A DNA stretch of 64,000 nt from Synechococcus sp. UW140 (lineage in GTDB: Bacteria > Cyanobacteriota > Cyanobacteriia > PCC-6307 > Cyanobiaceae), in assembly GCA_945861595.1 (NCBI GenBank), contig CAMAVE010000002.1:8946-72945 (forward strand), written 5' to 3'. A program made the translations under genes and the position numbers. This document shows positions 27,930-37,627 of this stretch, one piece after another. Each line of letters starts with the position of its first letter. The first letter of the stretch is position 1. The notes under the pieces are model-generated. The model was not told where the DNA came from and made no database searches. It saw only the letters and a program-made list of their open reading frames with translations.

Positions 27930-29045
27930 ATGGCCTTGCCCCTGCTCCACCGCCGTCAGCTGCTGCGCCTGGGGGGCCTGGCCGGGCTGGCCCTGCTGGG
28001 CGGCTGCGACTCCGGAGCCCGGTCCCAACTGGTCTATGCCCCCGGCGAACTACCGAGCGCCTGGTTAAAAACCCTGCCCAAACCCTGGCAAGGGAGCCGC
28101 CAGCCCTCGCCCGCTGCGGTGCTGGCGGCCTTGGGCAAACCAGGCATGGGCCTGCTCCAGCTCAGCGATGGCTGGGCCCTGGACGCTCGCACCGACCAGC
28201 TAGCCCCCTTGGGGGCCCCAAACCTGCTAGCCCAGCTGGCCCCCTTTGCCGCTTCGCCCAGCCGCCTGTTCCAGGACGAAGGGGCGCCAGGGCTGGCCTT
28301 CCCTTGGGCCTTCAGCACCTGGGTGCTGGTGCTGCGCAACCGGGCGGACCTGGGCCGGCGCCGCCAGGAGGGCTGGAGCCTGCTGCTCGATCCCAGCCTC
28401 AAGGGCCGGCTGGTGCTCCCCTCCAGCCCGAGGGTGGCGATGGAGCTGGTGCTGCGCCAGTTGGGTCTCCCCTCTGAAGGGTCCTGGAGCACGGCGGGTG
28501 CCTTGGCCAAGGCCGATCCAGCGGTCTTGGCCAATCCGGCTGGGCTGGACGATCCCCGGCTGCCCGCAGCCATCCGGCGCCTGCGCAGCCAGGCCCTGGC
28601 CTGCGATGAGACCAATGGTCTCAACCTGCTGCTAGCCGGCGAAGCCGACGCGGCGGTGCTGCCCGCCCGCAGGGTCCTGCCGTTGCTACGCAGTGACCCG
28701 CGCCTGCTGGCCCTCTTGCCGGAGAGCGGTTCCCCCTTGATCTGGTCCCTGCTATTACGGCCGGCCGGCGCGGCGCCCTTGCCCCAGGAGTGGCTCGCTG
28801 AAATCTTGAAGCCGCCCCTGCTGAATCGCCTGCTGGCCAAGGGCTGGGTGCCACCCCTGCCAGCCCAACGCCTGGCGGCGCCCCTGGCTGCCTGGCCCGA
28901 GCCGGTGGCCCAATTGATGCTGCCGGCGCCTGAGGTGCTCGCCCGATGCAACAGCCTGGCCCCCTTCGGGGAAGCGGAGCGAATCCAATGGCAAGCGCTC
29001 TGGGATCAGGCGGCTCCCAAGGGCCCAACCCAAGCCGGCTCCTGA
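27930..29045 (+). CDS. Putative exported lipoprotein with periplasmic solute-binding-like body, hypothetical
   Basis: Twin-arginine-like plus lipobox N-terminus MALPLLHRRQLLRLGGLAGLALLGGC. The remainder has alternating beta/alpha character but no motif I can name. Confidence 0.4.
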   Translation: MALPLLHRRQLLRLGGLAGLALLGGCDSGARSQLVYAPGELPSAWLKTLPKPWQGSRQPSPAAVLAALGKPGMGLLQLSDGWALDARTDQLAPLGAPNLLAQLAPFAASPSRLFQDEGAPGLAFPWAFSTWVLVLRNRADLGRRRQEGWSLLLDPSLKGRLVLPSSPRVAMELVLRQLGLPSEGSWSTAGALAKADPAVLANPAGLDDPRLPAAIRRLRSQALACDETNGLNLLLAGEADAAVLPARRVLPLLRSDPRLLALLPESGSPLIWSLLLRPAGAAPLPQEWLAEILKPPLLNRLLAKGWVPPLPAQRLAAPLAAWPEPVAQLMLPAPEVLARCNSLAPFGEAERIQWQALWDQAAPKGPTQAGS

Positions 29046-29099
29046 TCCCCTCGCCTGGGGACGCCCAGCCCAAGCCCCCCATCCATAGCCCCATTTGTA

Positions 29100-30341
29100 C
29101 TAGCCCCAGAGCCTGCGCTGCGGTGCCGCCGCCAGCCGCCGATGGGTATCGGCCAAGAGCTCGGGGATAGGCAGACCATGGGGGCAACGGGGCAGGCAGG
29201 CGCCACAGGCCTGACAGGCCCTGGCATCGAGCTGCTCCCACCAGTGACCAGCCCGGCCGATCAGGTTGTAGCGCTCGCCGGCAAAGACCTCGAGGCCATG
29301 GCCCACCGCCAGGTTGCGCAGGCGCAGCAGGGCCGGGATCGGCACGGCGCTGGGGCAGGGCAAGCAAGCCTGGCACTGGCCGCAGAAATCGTCGCCCAGG
29401 CGCTGCCGGCCCGCCGCCAGAAGCTGGTCGAGGCTGGACCGCTCCTGGCGGCTGAGGGGGCCATCGGCCCCTGCCAGTTGGCGGGCCCAATCAAGGTCGG
29501 AGACAGAGGCAGCTCCGAGGGTGAGGCTGGAGAGACCCTGGTCGATCAGGAAGCGATAGGCCAGCTCCAGGGGGGCAAAGGGGCGGCAGTCGGCCAGCAG
29601 CTGGGCCGGCGGTGCGTAGAGCCGCCCGCCCTTGTCGGCCGGCGAAATGGCCAACACGCCGAGCCCGGCCGCCAGGGCCGCCTGGGCCAGGGGCAGGCGC
29701 TGGCGATCAAACAAATGCAGATGCAAGCTGCAAAAGCCAAAGCGTTCGCTCGCCAAAGCCGCCGCGATCAGGTCATTGCTGCCATGGCTGCTGAAGCCCA
29801 CCTGGCCCACCAACCCTTCGCCCAGGGCCCAGGCGAACAACTCCGCCCCCGCACCGCGCAGCGCCCAATCCAGATGGTCTGGCGTATTGAGCCCATGGAC
29901 GGCCAGGTTGTCGAGCCGGGCCAGGCCGAGGCGCTCCAGGCTGCCGCGCAGCTGCACCTGGCCCTGGGCCAGATCCGGCCCCGGCAGGATCTTGCTGGTG
30001 ATCACCAGGCCGTCCCGGCGGGCGGAACAGCTGCGCTGGAGCTTGCCGAGGACCTGGCCCAGAAACCGTTCGGCAGGCCCGTAGGCCGGGGCCGTTTCGA
30101 TGTGGTTGATCCCGGCGTCCAGGGCAGCGGCCAGCACGGCCTCCAATTGGTCCGCGCTGCCGAGGGCCCGCATGGTGCCCAGGGTGAACAGGGACACGGC
30201 CGGTCCGCGCCCAAACGGACGGCGTGCCGGTGCATGGCCCAGGGCGGCCCCTAGCCCTGACCTGGAGATGGCAGAACCTGGGCTGGTTCCCCCAGGATCC
30301 GCCCCAGGACCAGGGGGGGGCGGTCCTTCAGGGGCCGGCAT
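29100..30341 (-). CDS. Aldo/keto reductase with a C-terminal Cys-rich (Fe-S type) extension
   Basis: FTLGTMR ... INHIETAPAYG ... VLAISPADKGG, plus CGQCQACLPCP and CQACGACLPRCP cysteine clusters. The only in-frame starts are ATG 30341 or 30425; both give a Pro-rich leader. Confidence 0.7.
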   Translation of the reverse strand: MPAPEGPPPPGPGADPGGTSPGSAISRSGLGAALGHAPARRPFGRGPAVSLFTLGTMRALGSADQLEAVLAAALDAGINHIETAPAYGPAERFLGQVLGKLQRSCSARRDGLVITSKILPGPDLAQGQVQLRGSLERLGLARLDNLAVHGLNTPDHLDWALRGAGAELFAWALGEGLVGQVGFSSHGSNDLIAAALASERFGFCSLHLHLFDRQRLPLAQAALAAGLGVLAISPADKGGRLYAPPAQLLADCRPFAPLELAYRFLIDQGLSSLTLGAASVSDLDWARQLAGADGPLSRQERSSLDQLLAAGRQRLGDDFCGQCQACLPCPSAVPIPALLRLRNLAVGHGLEVFAGERYNLIGRAGHWWEQLDARACQACGACLPRCPHGLPIPELLADTHRRLAAAPQRRLWG

Positions 30342-30939
30342 CGGGGGGGGCCTGCGATCCACCAGGGTCGGGACCGGGCTCGCCGTCTTCGGGGGCTTGC
30401 CCCTCGGCGTCAGCTTCGGCCTCAAGCTCCAGCGTGGCGTCCTGGCGGGCCCGGCCCAGGTTGCGGATCAGTTCGGCCGGGCTGGTGCCATCGAGGAAGC
30501 GGCGGAAATCGGCCTGGTCTTCGGCATCGGCCTCGGCATCAACCGCAATCGAGGCATCGGCCACCACCTCCTCCAGCATCCAGATGCCACTGCCGGTGCG
30601 CAGGGCGAGGGCGATCGCATCACTGGGGCGGGCATCGAGCTCGCTGCTCTCGCCGTCCGCGCTGCTGAGCTTCATCACCGCCCGAAAGGTGCTCTCTTCA
30701 ATCGTGTTGATCACCACCCGCTCCAGGCTGAGGCCGCCCAACTCCAGCAGCGACACCATCAGGTCGTGGCTGAGGGGCCGCGGCGGCGTTTGGCCGGTGA
30801 GGCCAGCCATGATGTTTTGGGCCTGGGCCTGGTCGATCCAGATCGGTACCTGGCGGCGGCCAGAGGGATCCCGCAACAGCACGATCGGGCTGCGGCTGGC
30901 GGCATCTAGGGCGATTCCGGCAACGCTCATCTCGACCAT
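30328..30939 (-). CDS. Bifunctional nuclease family (DUF151/BFN) protein with an acidic C-terminal tail
   Basis: MVEMSVAGIALDAASRSPIVLLRDPSGRRQVPIWIDQAQAQNI...ARPSDAIALALR is the BFN core. ATG 30939; the track ORF is over-extended to 31215. Confidence 0.7.
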   Translation of the reverse strand: MVEMSVAGIALDAASRSPIVLLRDPSGRRQVPIWIDQAQAQNIMAGLTGQTPPRPLSHDLMVSLLELGGLSLERVVINTIEESTFRAVMKLSSADGESSELDARPSDAIALALRTGSGIWMLEEVVADASIAVDAEADAEDQADFRRFLDGTSPAELIRNLGRARQDATLELEAEADAEGQAPEDGEPGPDPGGSQAPPDAGP

Positions 30940-30994
30940 GGACCTTGCTGGCGAGCCCTCTGCCCGATTATGGCCAGCAGTGCGGGGGCAGGGC

Positions 30995-31705
30995 ATGTTT
31001 ACCGGTCTGGTGCAGGCCGTGGGGCAACTGGGGCGCTCGCCGGGCGGGGTGGAGGTGCGGATCGCCCCCGGCGCCGGCCTCGATCCAGCCAGCCTGGCCC
31101 TGGGCGACAGTGTCAGCGTCGATGGGGTCTGCCTGACGGTGGCCTCCCTGGCCCCCCAGGGGTTCCGCGCCGATGTCAGCGGCGAAACCCTGGCGCGCAC
31201 CACCCTGGCGGCCAAGGCGGCCCGCCAGGGGGCCGTGAACCTGGAGCCGGCGTTGCGCCTGGCCGATCGGCTCGGCGGCCACCTGGTGAGTGGCCACGTC
31301 GATGGGCTGGCGGAGGTGGTGGCGATCGAGCCCCGCGGCGCCTCCTGGCACCTGGCCCTGCGCTGGCAAGAGGCGAGCTACGGCCGCTACATCTGCGAAA
31401 AAGCCAGTGTGGCGGTCAATGGCATCAGCCTCACGGTGGCGGGCTGCGAGCCGAACGGCGCCCTGTTTTGGATCGCCGTGATTCCCCACAGCTGGAGCCA
31501 CAGCACCCTGGCCCAGCTGCAGCTGGGCGACCTGGTCAACCTGGAAGCGGATCTGCTGGCCAAATACACCGAACAACTCCTGCGCTCCACCAGCCCCCTC
31601 CCGGGCAGCCCCCTCTCCGCAGGCCAACGTGCCGGCAGCCAACACCCAGGCTCCGACGGGCCAGCAATCACCCCGACCTGGCTAGCGGAGCAGGGCTGGG
31701 CCTAA
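30995..31705 (+). CDS. ribE: Riboflavin synthase alpha chain
   Basis: MFTGLVQAVG N-terminus and two lumazine-binding repeats (GDSVSVDGVCLTV / ASVAVNGISLTV). ATG 30995 lies inside the longer track ORF. Confidence 0.85.
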   Translation: MFTGLVQAVGQLGRSPGGVEVRIAPGAGLDPASLALGDSVSVDGVCLTVASLAPQGFRADVSGETLARTTLAAKAARQGAVNLEPALRLADRLGGHLVSGHVDGLAEVVAIEPRGASWHLALRWQEASYGRYICEKASVAVNGISLTVAGCEPNGALFWIAVIPHSWSHSTLAQLQLGDLVNLEADLLAKYTEQLLRSTSPLPGSPLSAGQRAGSQHPGSDGPAITPTWLAEQGWA

Positions 31706-31805
31706 CAAACCGCTAAGGCCAAGTCGCGGAGCCAACCGATGCCGCGGCTGACAGCGACTGTCTCCATGACTACGGTCCGAAGGACTCTGGCTCCTTGAGG
31801 CCCCC

Positions 31806-32408
31806 ATGGCTGACACCAGCGCCCGGTTCGAGCTGGGCACCCTGCGCAGTTTCACGATTGCCGAGGGCATCTTGATGCTGGTGCTCGGGGCCCTGGCCCT
31901 GCTGTTTCCAATCCTGGCCTCCGCCGGCATCACCGTGATCGTGGCGATCGCCTTCCTGGTGGGCGGCATCGTCGGCTGGATCAATAACCTCAACCGCTCC
32001 CGGCGCCTCGGCCGCTGGCACTGCTTCTGGCGCCTGGTGGTCTCGACCCTGTTTCTGGTGATCGGCGCCTGGATCCTGCAGCAATTCCAATCCGGCATCC
32101 TGCCGGCGGCGGCCCAGGTGGCGGCCCTGGCGACGGCGGTCGGCATCGTTTTCCTGGTGGAAGGGGTGGTGGCCGCCATCGTCTCCCTCTCCCACACCCG
32201 TCAGGCGGGCTGGGGCTGGGGTTTGGCCAACGGGCTCGTCACCCTGGTGCTGGGCCTGTTGATCCTCTCGATGAAACCAGCCGGTCTGCTGTCGGTGATC
32301 GGCATCCTGGTGGGGATCAGTTTCCTGTTCAGCGGCGTCGACCTGCTGGTGTTCAGCGCCGGCTTCCATGGGCCCGAAACAAACTCCGAACCAGCCAAAC
32401 CCTCCTGA
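31806..32408 (+). CDS. HdeD/DUF308 family membrane protein
   Basis: Six evenly spaced hydrophobic helices with the repeated G-x-L-x-L-x-L-G pattern typical of DUF308. Confidence 0.55.
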   Translation: MADTSARFELGTLRSFTIAEGILMLVLGALALLFPILASAGITVIVAIAFLVGGIVGWINNLNRSRRLGRWHCFWRLVVSTLFLVIGAWILQQFQSGILPAAAQVAALATAVGIVFLVEGVVAAIVSLSHTRQAGWGWGLANGLVTLVLGLLILSMKPAGLLSVIGILVGISFLFSGVDLLVFSAGFHGPETNSEPAKPS

Positions 32409-32501
32409 GACCTGCTTCGGAAGGCCGATTTTGCGGCTTGCTCCTTAGGCCTGCCTCGGAGATGGGGGCCTAACCCAGGGCCCGTCCCGGCGGGGCTGGC
32501 C

Positions 32502-32954
32502 TCAAGCCTCCTCGGCGATCCCCCCCTCTGCGGCTTCCCCTGCTTGGAGAGCCTCGGCGGTGGCGGCATCAATCGGCAGCAACCAGATCGCGCCAGTTTC
32601 CTGGTGGATTTCGATGCGGAATTCAGCGCCAGGCTCCAGACCCATGCGCCGGGTGTAGGCATGGCCAATCAACAGATTGCCATTGCCATGGACGCGGGTG
32701 CGGAACTCGGCCTGGCGTCCCTTGGTGCCGGATCCCGACTTGCCACCGCTCGGGGACTGGGAGGGCAGGGCGTAGCCCTTGGCCACCACTAGGGCCCGGT
32801 AAAAACTTTTTTTGAGCAGCCGTCCGCTTGGCCCCACATAGCCGCAGGCCCGGGCAATCTGATCTTCGGGCCGATTGCTGAGGGAGCGGGCCTTCTCCAG
32901 CAGGGCCTTGCCCTCGAGCATCGTGCTTCCAGAAACATGCTGGGGGTCAGCCAT
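32502..32954 (-). CDS. Cyanobacterial AbrB-type (cyAbrB) transcriptional regulator
   Basis: C-terminal AbrB/SpoVT swapped-hairpin segment RVHGNGNLLIGHAYTRRMGLEPGAEFRIEI preceded by a cyAbrB-type N-terminal domain. Confidence 0.7.
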   Translation of the reverse strand: MADPQHVSGSTMLEGKALLEKARSLSNRPEDQIARACGYVGPSGRLLKKSFYRALVVAKGYALPSQSPSGGKSGSGTKGRQAEFRTRVHGNGNLLIGHAYTRRMGLEPGAEFRIEIHQETGAIWLLPIDAATAEALQAGEAAEGGIAEEA

Positions 32955-33053
32955 CAGCTTTGGATCGCGTCAAGTCTTTCGGCGATTCTGCGGCTGCTAC
33001 GGGGAAGCTGCAAGTGCATCGAGGCCGCTGAGAGGAAATCGGGATGATTCGCC

Positions 33054-33776
33054 TCAAAGCAGATAGAGAATTCCGTAGAGCAACACCCAGATGCCATCGA
33101 CGAAATGCCAGTAGAGCTCGGTGGCCTCCAGCGGAAAGAGGTTGGCCCGGTTGACCCGGCCCCCTTGGCGACTCTGCCACCAGATGATCAGGATCATCAG
33201 GCCGCCCAGGGTCACGTGCAGACCGTGGAAGCCGGTGATCGCGTAGAAGGTGCTGGCGAATAGGTTGTCGGTGAGGCCAAAGGGCAGGCTGAAGTACTCC
33301 ACCATCTGGCCGCCCAGAAAGGTGAAACCCAGGGCCGCCGTCACCAATAACCAGTTGCGACAGGCCTGGGTGCGGTCCTGGTGGATCGCCTTGGCGGCCC
33401 GGTGGAAGGTGACGCTGCTGAGCAGCAGCAAGATCGTGTTGAGGGTGGGCAGGACTAGCTCCAGCTCGTAATTGCCGCCTTCAGCCAGGGGATTGACGGC
33501 CCGGAAGGTGAGATAGGCGGCAAAAAAACCGGCGAAGGTCATGCCATCGGCCACCAGGAAGGTGGCCAGGCCAAACATGCGGAAATCGCCATGGCCCTCC
33601 TCGCCGCCATGGCCGGCCCCGTCGTGGTGACCGGCCTCGGTGTCCTGGCTAGCCCCAGCCCCAGGCAGGGACACGGCAACGCCCCCGGCCCCTGCCTCAG
33701 CAACAGGCAAGCCAGCAGCCAGGGCCGGAGACCCGGCACTGGCGCTGATCGGACTGGGGAATGAGGAGCTGGTCAT
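33054..33776 (-). CDS. ctaE: Cytochrome c oxidase subunit III
   Basis: HGDFRMFG...TGFHGLHVTLG...ELYWHFVDGIWV. Last gene of the ctaC-ctaD-ctaE order. ATG 33776 preferred. Confidence 0.85.
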   Translation of the reverse strand: MTSSSFPSPISASAGSPALAAGLPVAEAGAGGVAVSLPGAGASQDTEAGHHDGAGHGGEEGHGDFRMFGLATFLVADGMTFAGFFAAYLTFRAVNPLAEGGNYELELVLPTLNTILLLLSSVTFHRAAKAIHQDRTQACRNWLLVTAALGFTFLGGQMVEYFSLPFGLTDNLFASTFYAITGFHGLHVTLGGLMILIIWWQSRQGGRVNRANLFPLEATELYWHFVDGIWVLLYGILYLL

Positions 33777-33837
33777 GGCAGGGGCATCGGGCGGATGGTC
33801 AACGAAGCGGGCCAATGAGAAGGGCCCGACCCCCTAT

Positions 33838-35490
33838 TCAGGGGGAGCTGGCGCCGACGGCCTGGGACTCGGGGGCCGCGCCATAGCCGTAGGGATGGGT
33901 CACCAGGGGGGCCGGACCTTTCCAGTTCTCCACCGGCGGCGGCGAGCTGGTCAGCCATTCCGGGGTGAGGGCCCGCCAGGGGTTGTCCCCGGCCTGCTCG
34001 CCGGCAAAGGCGGAATAGACCATGTTGATCAGGAAGGGCAGGGTGCTGATCGCCATCAGCAGGGCGCCCACACTGCTGACCTGGTTAATGAAGGTGAATT
34101 GGGGGTCGTATTCGGCCACACGACGCGGCATGCCGTTGAGCCCCAGCCAGTGCTGGGGAGCAAAGCAGAGGTTGAAACCGATGAAGGTGAGCAGGAAATG
34201 GAGCCGGCCCAGGCTTTCATTGGCCATGCGCCCGGTGAACTTGGGATACCAGTGGTAGACCGAGCCGAAGATCACAAACACCGTGCCCCCATAGACGATG
34301 TAGTGGAAGTGGGCCACCACGAAGTAGGTGTCGTGCACGTGGATATCAAACGGCACCTGGGCCAGGGCAACGCCGGTGATCCCCCCGAAAACAAAATTAA
34401 AGATAAAGCCGCAGGAAAAGAGCATCGCCGTGTTCAGGGCGATCTTGCCGCCCCAGAGGGTCGCCAACCAGTTGAAGAACTTGATGCCGGTCGGCACGGC
34501 GATCAGGGAGGTGGCGATCGTGAAAAACAGGCGCATCCATGGGGGCGTGCCACTGGTGAACATGTGGTGGGCCCACACCACCAAGCCCAACACCACGATC
34601 GCCAGGATTGAATACACCATGGTGATGTAGCCGAACAGGGGCTTGCGCGCATGCACGGGCAGGATCTCGCTGACCAAGCCAAAGGCCGGCAGCACCATGA
34701 TGTACACCGCCGGGTGGGAATAGAACCAGAAGAGGTGTTGGTACACCACGGCATTACCACCTAGGGCCGGGTTGAAGAAACCGGTGTGGGCAATGATGTC
34801 GAAGCTCAGCAGCACCAGGGTTCCGGCCAATACCGGGGTGGAGAGCACCACCAGGATGCTGGTACCCAGCAGCGCCCAACAGAACATCGGTAGTTGCAGC
34901 ATCTTCAGGCCAGGACGGCGCAACTTCAGGATCGTGGCGATGAAGTTGATGCCCCCAAAGATCGAGCTGCCGCCGAGCAGCAACACGCTGAGGATCCAGA
35001 TGACCTGGCCCGTGGCCGGGGTGGTGAGGCTCAAGGGCGGATAGGCGGTCCAGCCGGATTGGGAGGCGCTGCCGATGAAGTAGCTGCTGATCAGCAACAA
35101 GCCCGCCGGCGGAATCAACCAGAAGGCCACCGCATTAAGCCGGGGGAAGGCCATGTCCCTGGCCCCTACGTAGAAAGGAATCAAGTAATTGCCAAAGGCC
35201 CCATTCACCACCGGCACGATCCAGAGGAAGATCATCACCGTGCCATGCAGGGTCAGAACCTCGTTATAGGTTTCCCGCGGCATGAAATCCGACAGGGGCG
35301 TGAGCAGCTCCGTGCGGATCATGCCGGCGAGGGCACCACCAATGAAATAGAAGATGAAGCCACAGACTAAGTACTGCAGGCCGATCACCTTATGGTCGAC
35401 GCTGAAGCTGAAGTAGCGCAACCAGCCCTGTGGCTGCAAGGGGGCTTGGGGCTCAGGGGTGGTTGTGGGGGGCGAGAGGGTGGCGGTCAT
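33838..35490 (-). CDS. ctaD: Cytochrome c oxidase subunit I
   Basis: Heme-copper oxidase motifs WFYSHPAVYI, VWAHHMFTSG, HFHYIV. The ATG overlaps the ctaC stop (ATGA). Confidence 0.95.
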   Translation of the reverse strand: MTATLSPPTTTPEPQAPLQPQGWLRYFSFSVDHKVIGLQYLVCGFIFYFIGGALAGMIRTELLTPLSDFMPRETYNEVLTLHGTVMIFLWIVPVVNGAFGNYLIPFYVGARDMAFPRLNAVAFWLIPPAGLLLISSYFIGSASQSGWTAYPPLSLTTPATGQVIWILSVLLLGGSSIFGGINFIATILKLRRPGLKMLQLPMFCWALLGTSILVVLSTPVLAGTLVLLSFDIIAHTGFFNPALGGNAVVYQHLFWFYSHPAVYIMVLPAFGLVSEILPVHARKPLFGYITMVYSILAIVVLGLVVWAHHMFTSGTPPWMRLFFTIATSLIAVPTGIKFFNWLATLWGGKIALNTAMLFSCGFIFNFVFGGITGVALAQVPFDIHVHDTYFVVAHFHYIVYGGTVFVIFGSVYHWYPKFTGRMANESLGRLHFLLTFIGFNLCFAPQHWLGLNGMPRRVAEYDPQFTFINQVSSVGALLMAISTLPFLINMVYSAFAGEQAGDNPWRALTPEWLTSSPPPVENWKGPAPLVTHPYGYGAAPESQAVGASSP

Positions 35491-36380
35491 GACTGGAGCG
35501 GAGCCGAGGGGGCAGTGGTAGCGCTAACGGGCAAGGGGGCAGGGCTATTTTTAGTTACCCAGGTGGAGTAGTCATCGGGATCTTCCACCACCACCGTCGA
35601 TCGCATACCTCCGTGGTAAGGGCCACAAAGCTCGGCGCAGATGATCGGGTAGCGGCCTGCCTTGGTGGCCGTAAAACTAAGCAAGGTTGGCTGGCCGGGG
35701 ATCACATCCTGCTTAAGCCGAAACTGGGGCACCCAAAAGGCGTGAATCACATCCTTGGCCTCCATGTTGAGGGCCACGGTCTGGCCAACGGGCACATGGA
35801 GTTCGCCACTAATGATGCCGCTGTCTGGATAGCGAAAGATAAAGGCAAATTGCATCGCGGTGACATCCACATTCACCGCAGCTGCAGCCTCTCCCGTTGG
35901 GCTGATGCCGGCCCAAATCCGGGCCGGACCGCCTGAACCGTCACTTGCTTCCATGGCCATACCTGATGGCATTGAGGCACCTGCGGAAGCCTGCATCGCA
36001 TGCACACTGTGGTCATTAAGGGGGGCCATGCCACCCATGCGTTCGTAGATGTCGTAGCTGTAGATGCCGATGAACAGGACGACGATCGCGGGCACAGCCG
36101 TCCAGAAGATTTCGAGGGGCAGGTTGCCTTCGATCGCCAGGCCGTCGCTGGTGTCACCAGCGACGCGTCGATAGCGAATCAAGCTGTAAATCAGCAAACC
36201 CACAATGCCAAGCAGCAGGCTGGTGCCAATGCTGAAGAGCACCTGAAACAGCTCGTCGTACACCGGCGCATTGGCACTGGCATCGATGGGCAGGAGGTTC
36301 ACGTTCTGGCCAACCCAAAGGCCGATAAGAACGAGAACCACGCTCAATCCCACGGTGAGGATGGCAGCTGGAATGGGCAC
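35487..36380 (-). CDS. ctaC: Cytochrome c oxidase subunit II
   Basis: CuA site DVIHAFWVP ... CAELCGPYHGGM. Two N-terminal TM helices. GTG start. Confidence 0.9.
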   Translation of the reverse strand: MPIPAAILTVGLSVVLVLIGLWVGQNVNLLPIDASANAPVYDELFQVLFSIGTSLLLGIVGLLIYSLIRYRRVAGDTSDGLAIEGNLPLEIFWTAVPAIVVLFIGIYSYDIYERMGGMAPLNDHSVHAMQASAGASMPSGMAMEASDGSGGPARIWAGISPTGEAAAAVNVDVTAMQFAFIFRYPDSGIISGELHVPVGQTVALNMEAKDVIHAFWVPQFRLKQDVIPGQPTLLSFTATKAGRYPIICAELCGPYHGGMRSTVVVEDPDDYSTWVTKNSPAPLPVSATTAPSAPLQS

Positions 36381-36454
36381 GGAGCTGGCACGAACGCAGA
36401 CAACCTATGAAGGATGGCGCCTTCAGGCGACGGTGGCAGCATCAGCCCCTACGA

Positions 36455-36516
36455 ATGGGCGAATCTGCCCATCGGACGTGAGGGAACCCTCACGTCAAAG
36501 CGCCGAAGAGGGCGCT
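36455..36516. promoter_or_regulatory. Three consecutive hairpins/palindromes in the ctaCDE / ctaAB divergent intergenic region
   Basis: ATGGGC-N6-GCCCAT (36455-36472). A perfect 10-2-10 palindrome GACGTGAGGG-AA-CCCTCACGTC (36475-36496). AGCGCC-N6-GGCGCT (36499-36516). Confidence 0.45.
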
Positions 36517-36598
36517 GCGTCGGGATCTCCGCAACGAAGCGCGGCAGGGCCGATCACCATCGCTACCTTGTCGAGACGTTGCTACGGAAGACAACTCC

Positions 36599-37627
36599 AT
36601 GGCTTCCAGGCTGCAACGCCAATTGCAACTGCTGACCGCCCACCTCGTCGTCGCCTTGGTGGCCCTGGTGGTGATCGGCGGGGCGACCCGGGTGATGCAA
36701 GCCGGCCTGGCCTGTCCCGATTGGCCGCTCTGTTACGGCAGCTTCCTGCCCGGTCGCCAGATGAACCTGCAGGTTTTTCTGGAGTGGTTTCACCGGCTTG
36801 ATGCCTTTGTCGTGGGCATGGGCGTGCTGGTGCTGGCGACCACGGCGGTGATCCAGCGCCAGCAACTGCCCCGCTGGCTGCCCTGGCTCAGCGGGGCCTG
36901 TCTGGTTTTAGTGGCCTTCCAGGGCGCCCTCGGGGCCCTGACCGTGACCCTGCTCCTCCCCCCAGCCATCGTCACAGCCCACCTGGCCACGGCCTTGCTG
37001 CTGGTGATCCTGGTGAGCGTCTGTCATCAACTCCTAGAAGCTGGGGCAGCCCCCTTAGGGCCCGAGTCCCTGGCCCGGTCCTCGGGGGCCCCGGTCCTAG
37101 CGATTAGGGCGGTGGTCCCTGGCCCAGGTGCCCTGTCCCTGCAGCCAGCACCCCCTTGGTGGCCCTGGCTGGCTGGCTTGGCCACCCTTTTGGTGGCAGC
37201 CCAAAGCTTGCTGGGCGGCCTGATGGCAACCCAATGGGCGGCCAGCCTCTGTTTCAGCGCCGGCAGTGGCTGCGGCTGGCTCGGCGCCCATCGCTTCGCC
37301 GCCACCCCGGCCGCCCTCGGCGTACTGCTGCTGGCCGTTCTCACGGCCCTAAGTTCCGGCTGGTGCCGCCAACAAAGGCCCCTCACGACCACGGCCGCCC
37401 TGCTGGTCATCAGCCAGATCGGCCTGGGGGTTGTAAGCCTGCGGCTCCAGCTGGCGGTGCCTGGCGTGACGATTGCCCACCAATTGGTGGCAGCCCTGCT
37501 GCTGGCGATCCTGGCCGCCCTCACCTGCCGCGGCTGGCTCGCCGTGGTTTCCAAGCCCTTTCCAGCTCCTGCTCCTGCGCCCCGCGCTGTCCTATCCCCT
37601 TCTCCGGCCGAGGTTGTTCATGGTTAG
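36599..37627 (+). CDS. ctaA: Heme A synthase (COX15/CtaA)
   Basis: [20 protein letters not shown] and EWFHRL motifs, eight TM helices, divergent from ctaCDE. Confidence 0.85.
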   Translation: MASRLQRQLQLLTAHLVVALVALVVIGGATRVMQAGLACPDWPLCYGSFLPGRQMNLQVFLEWFHRLDAFVVGMGVLVLATTAVIQRQQLPRWLPWLSGACLVLVAFQGALGALTVTLLLPPAIVTAHLATALLLVILVSVCHQLLEAGAAPLGPESLARSSGAPVLAIRAVVPGPGALSLQPAPPWWPWLAGLATLLVAAQSLLGGLMATQWAASLCFSAGSGCGWLGAHRFAATPAALGVLLLAVLTALSSGWCRQQRPLTTTAALLVISQIGLGVVSLRLQLAVPGVTIAHQLVAALLLAILAALTCRGWLAVVSKPFPAPAPAPRAVLSPSPAEVVHG

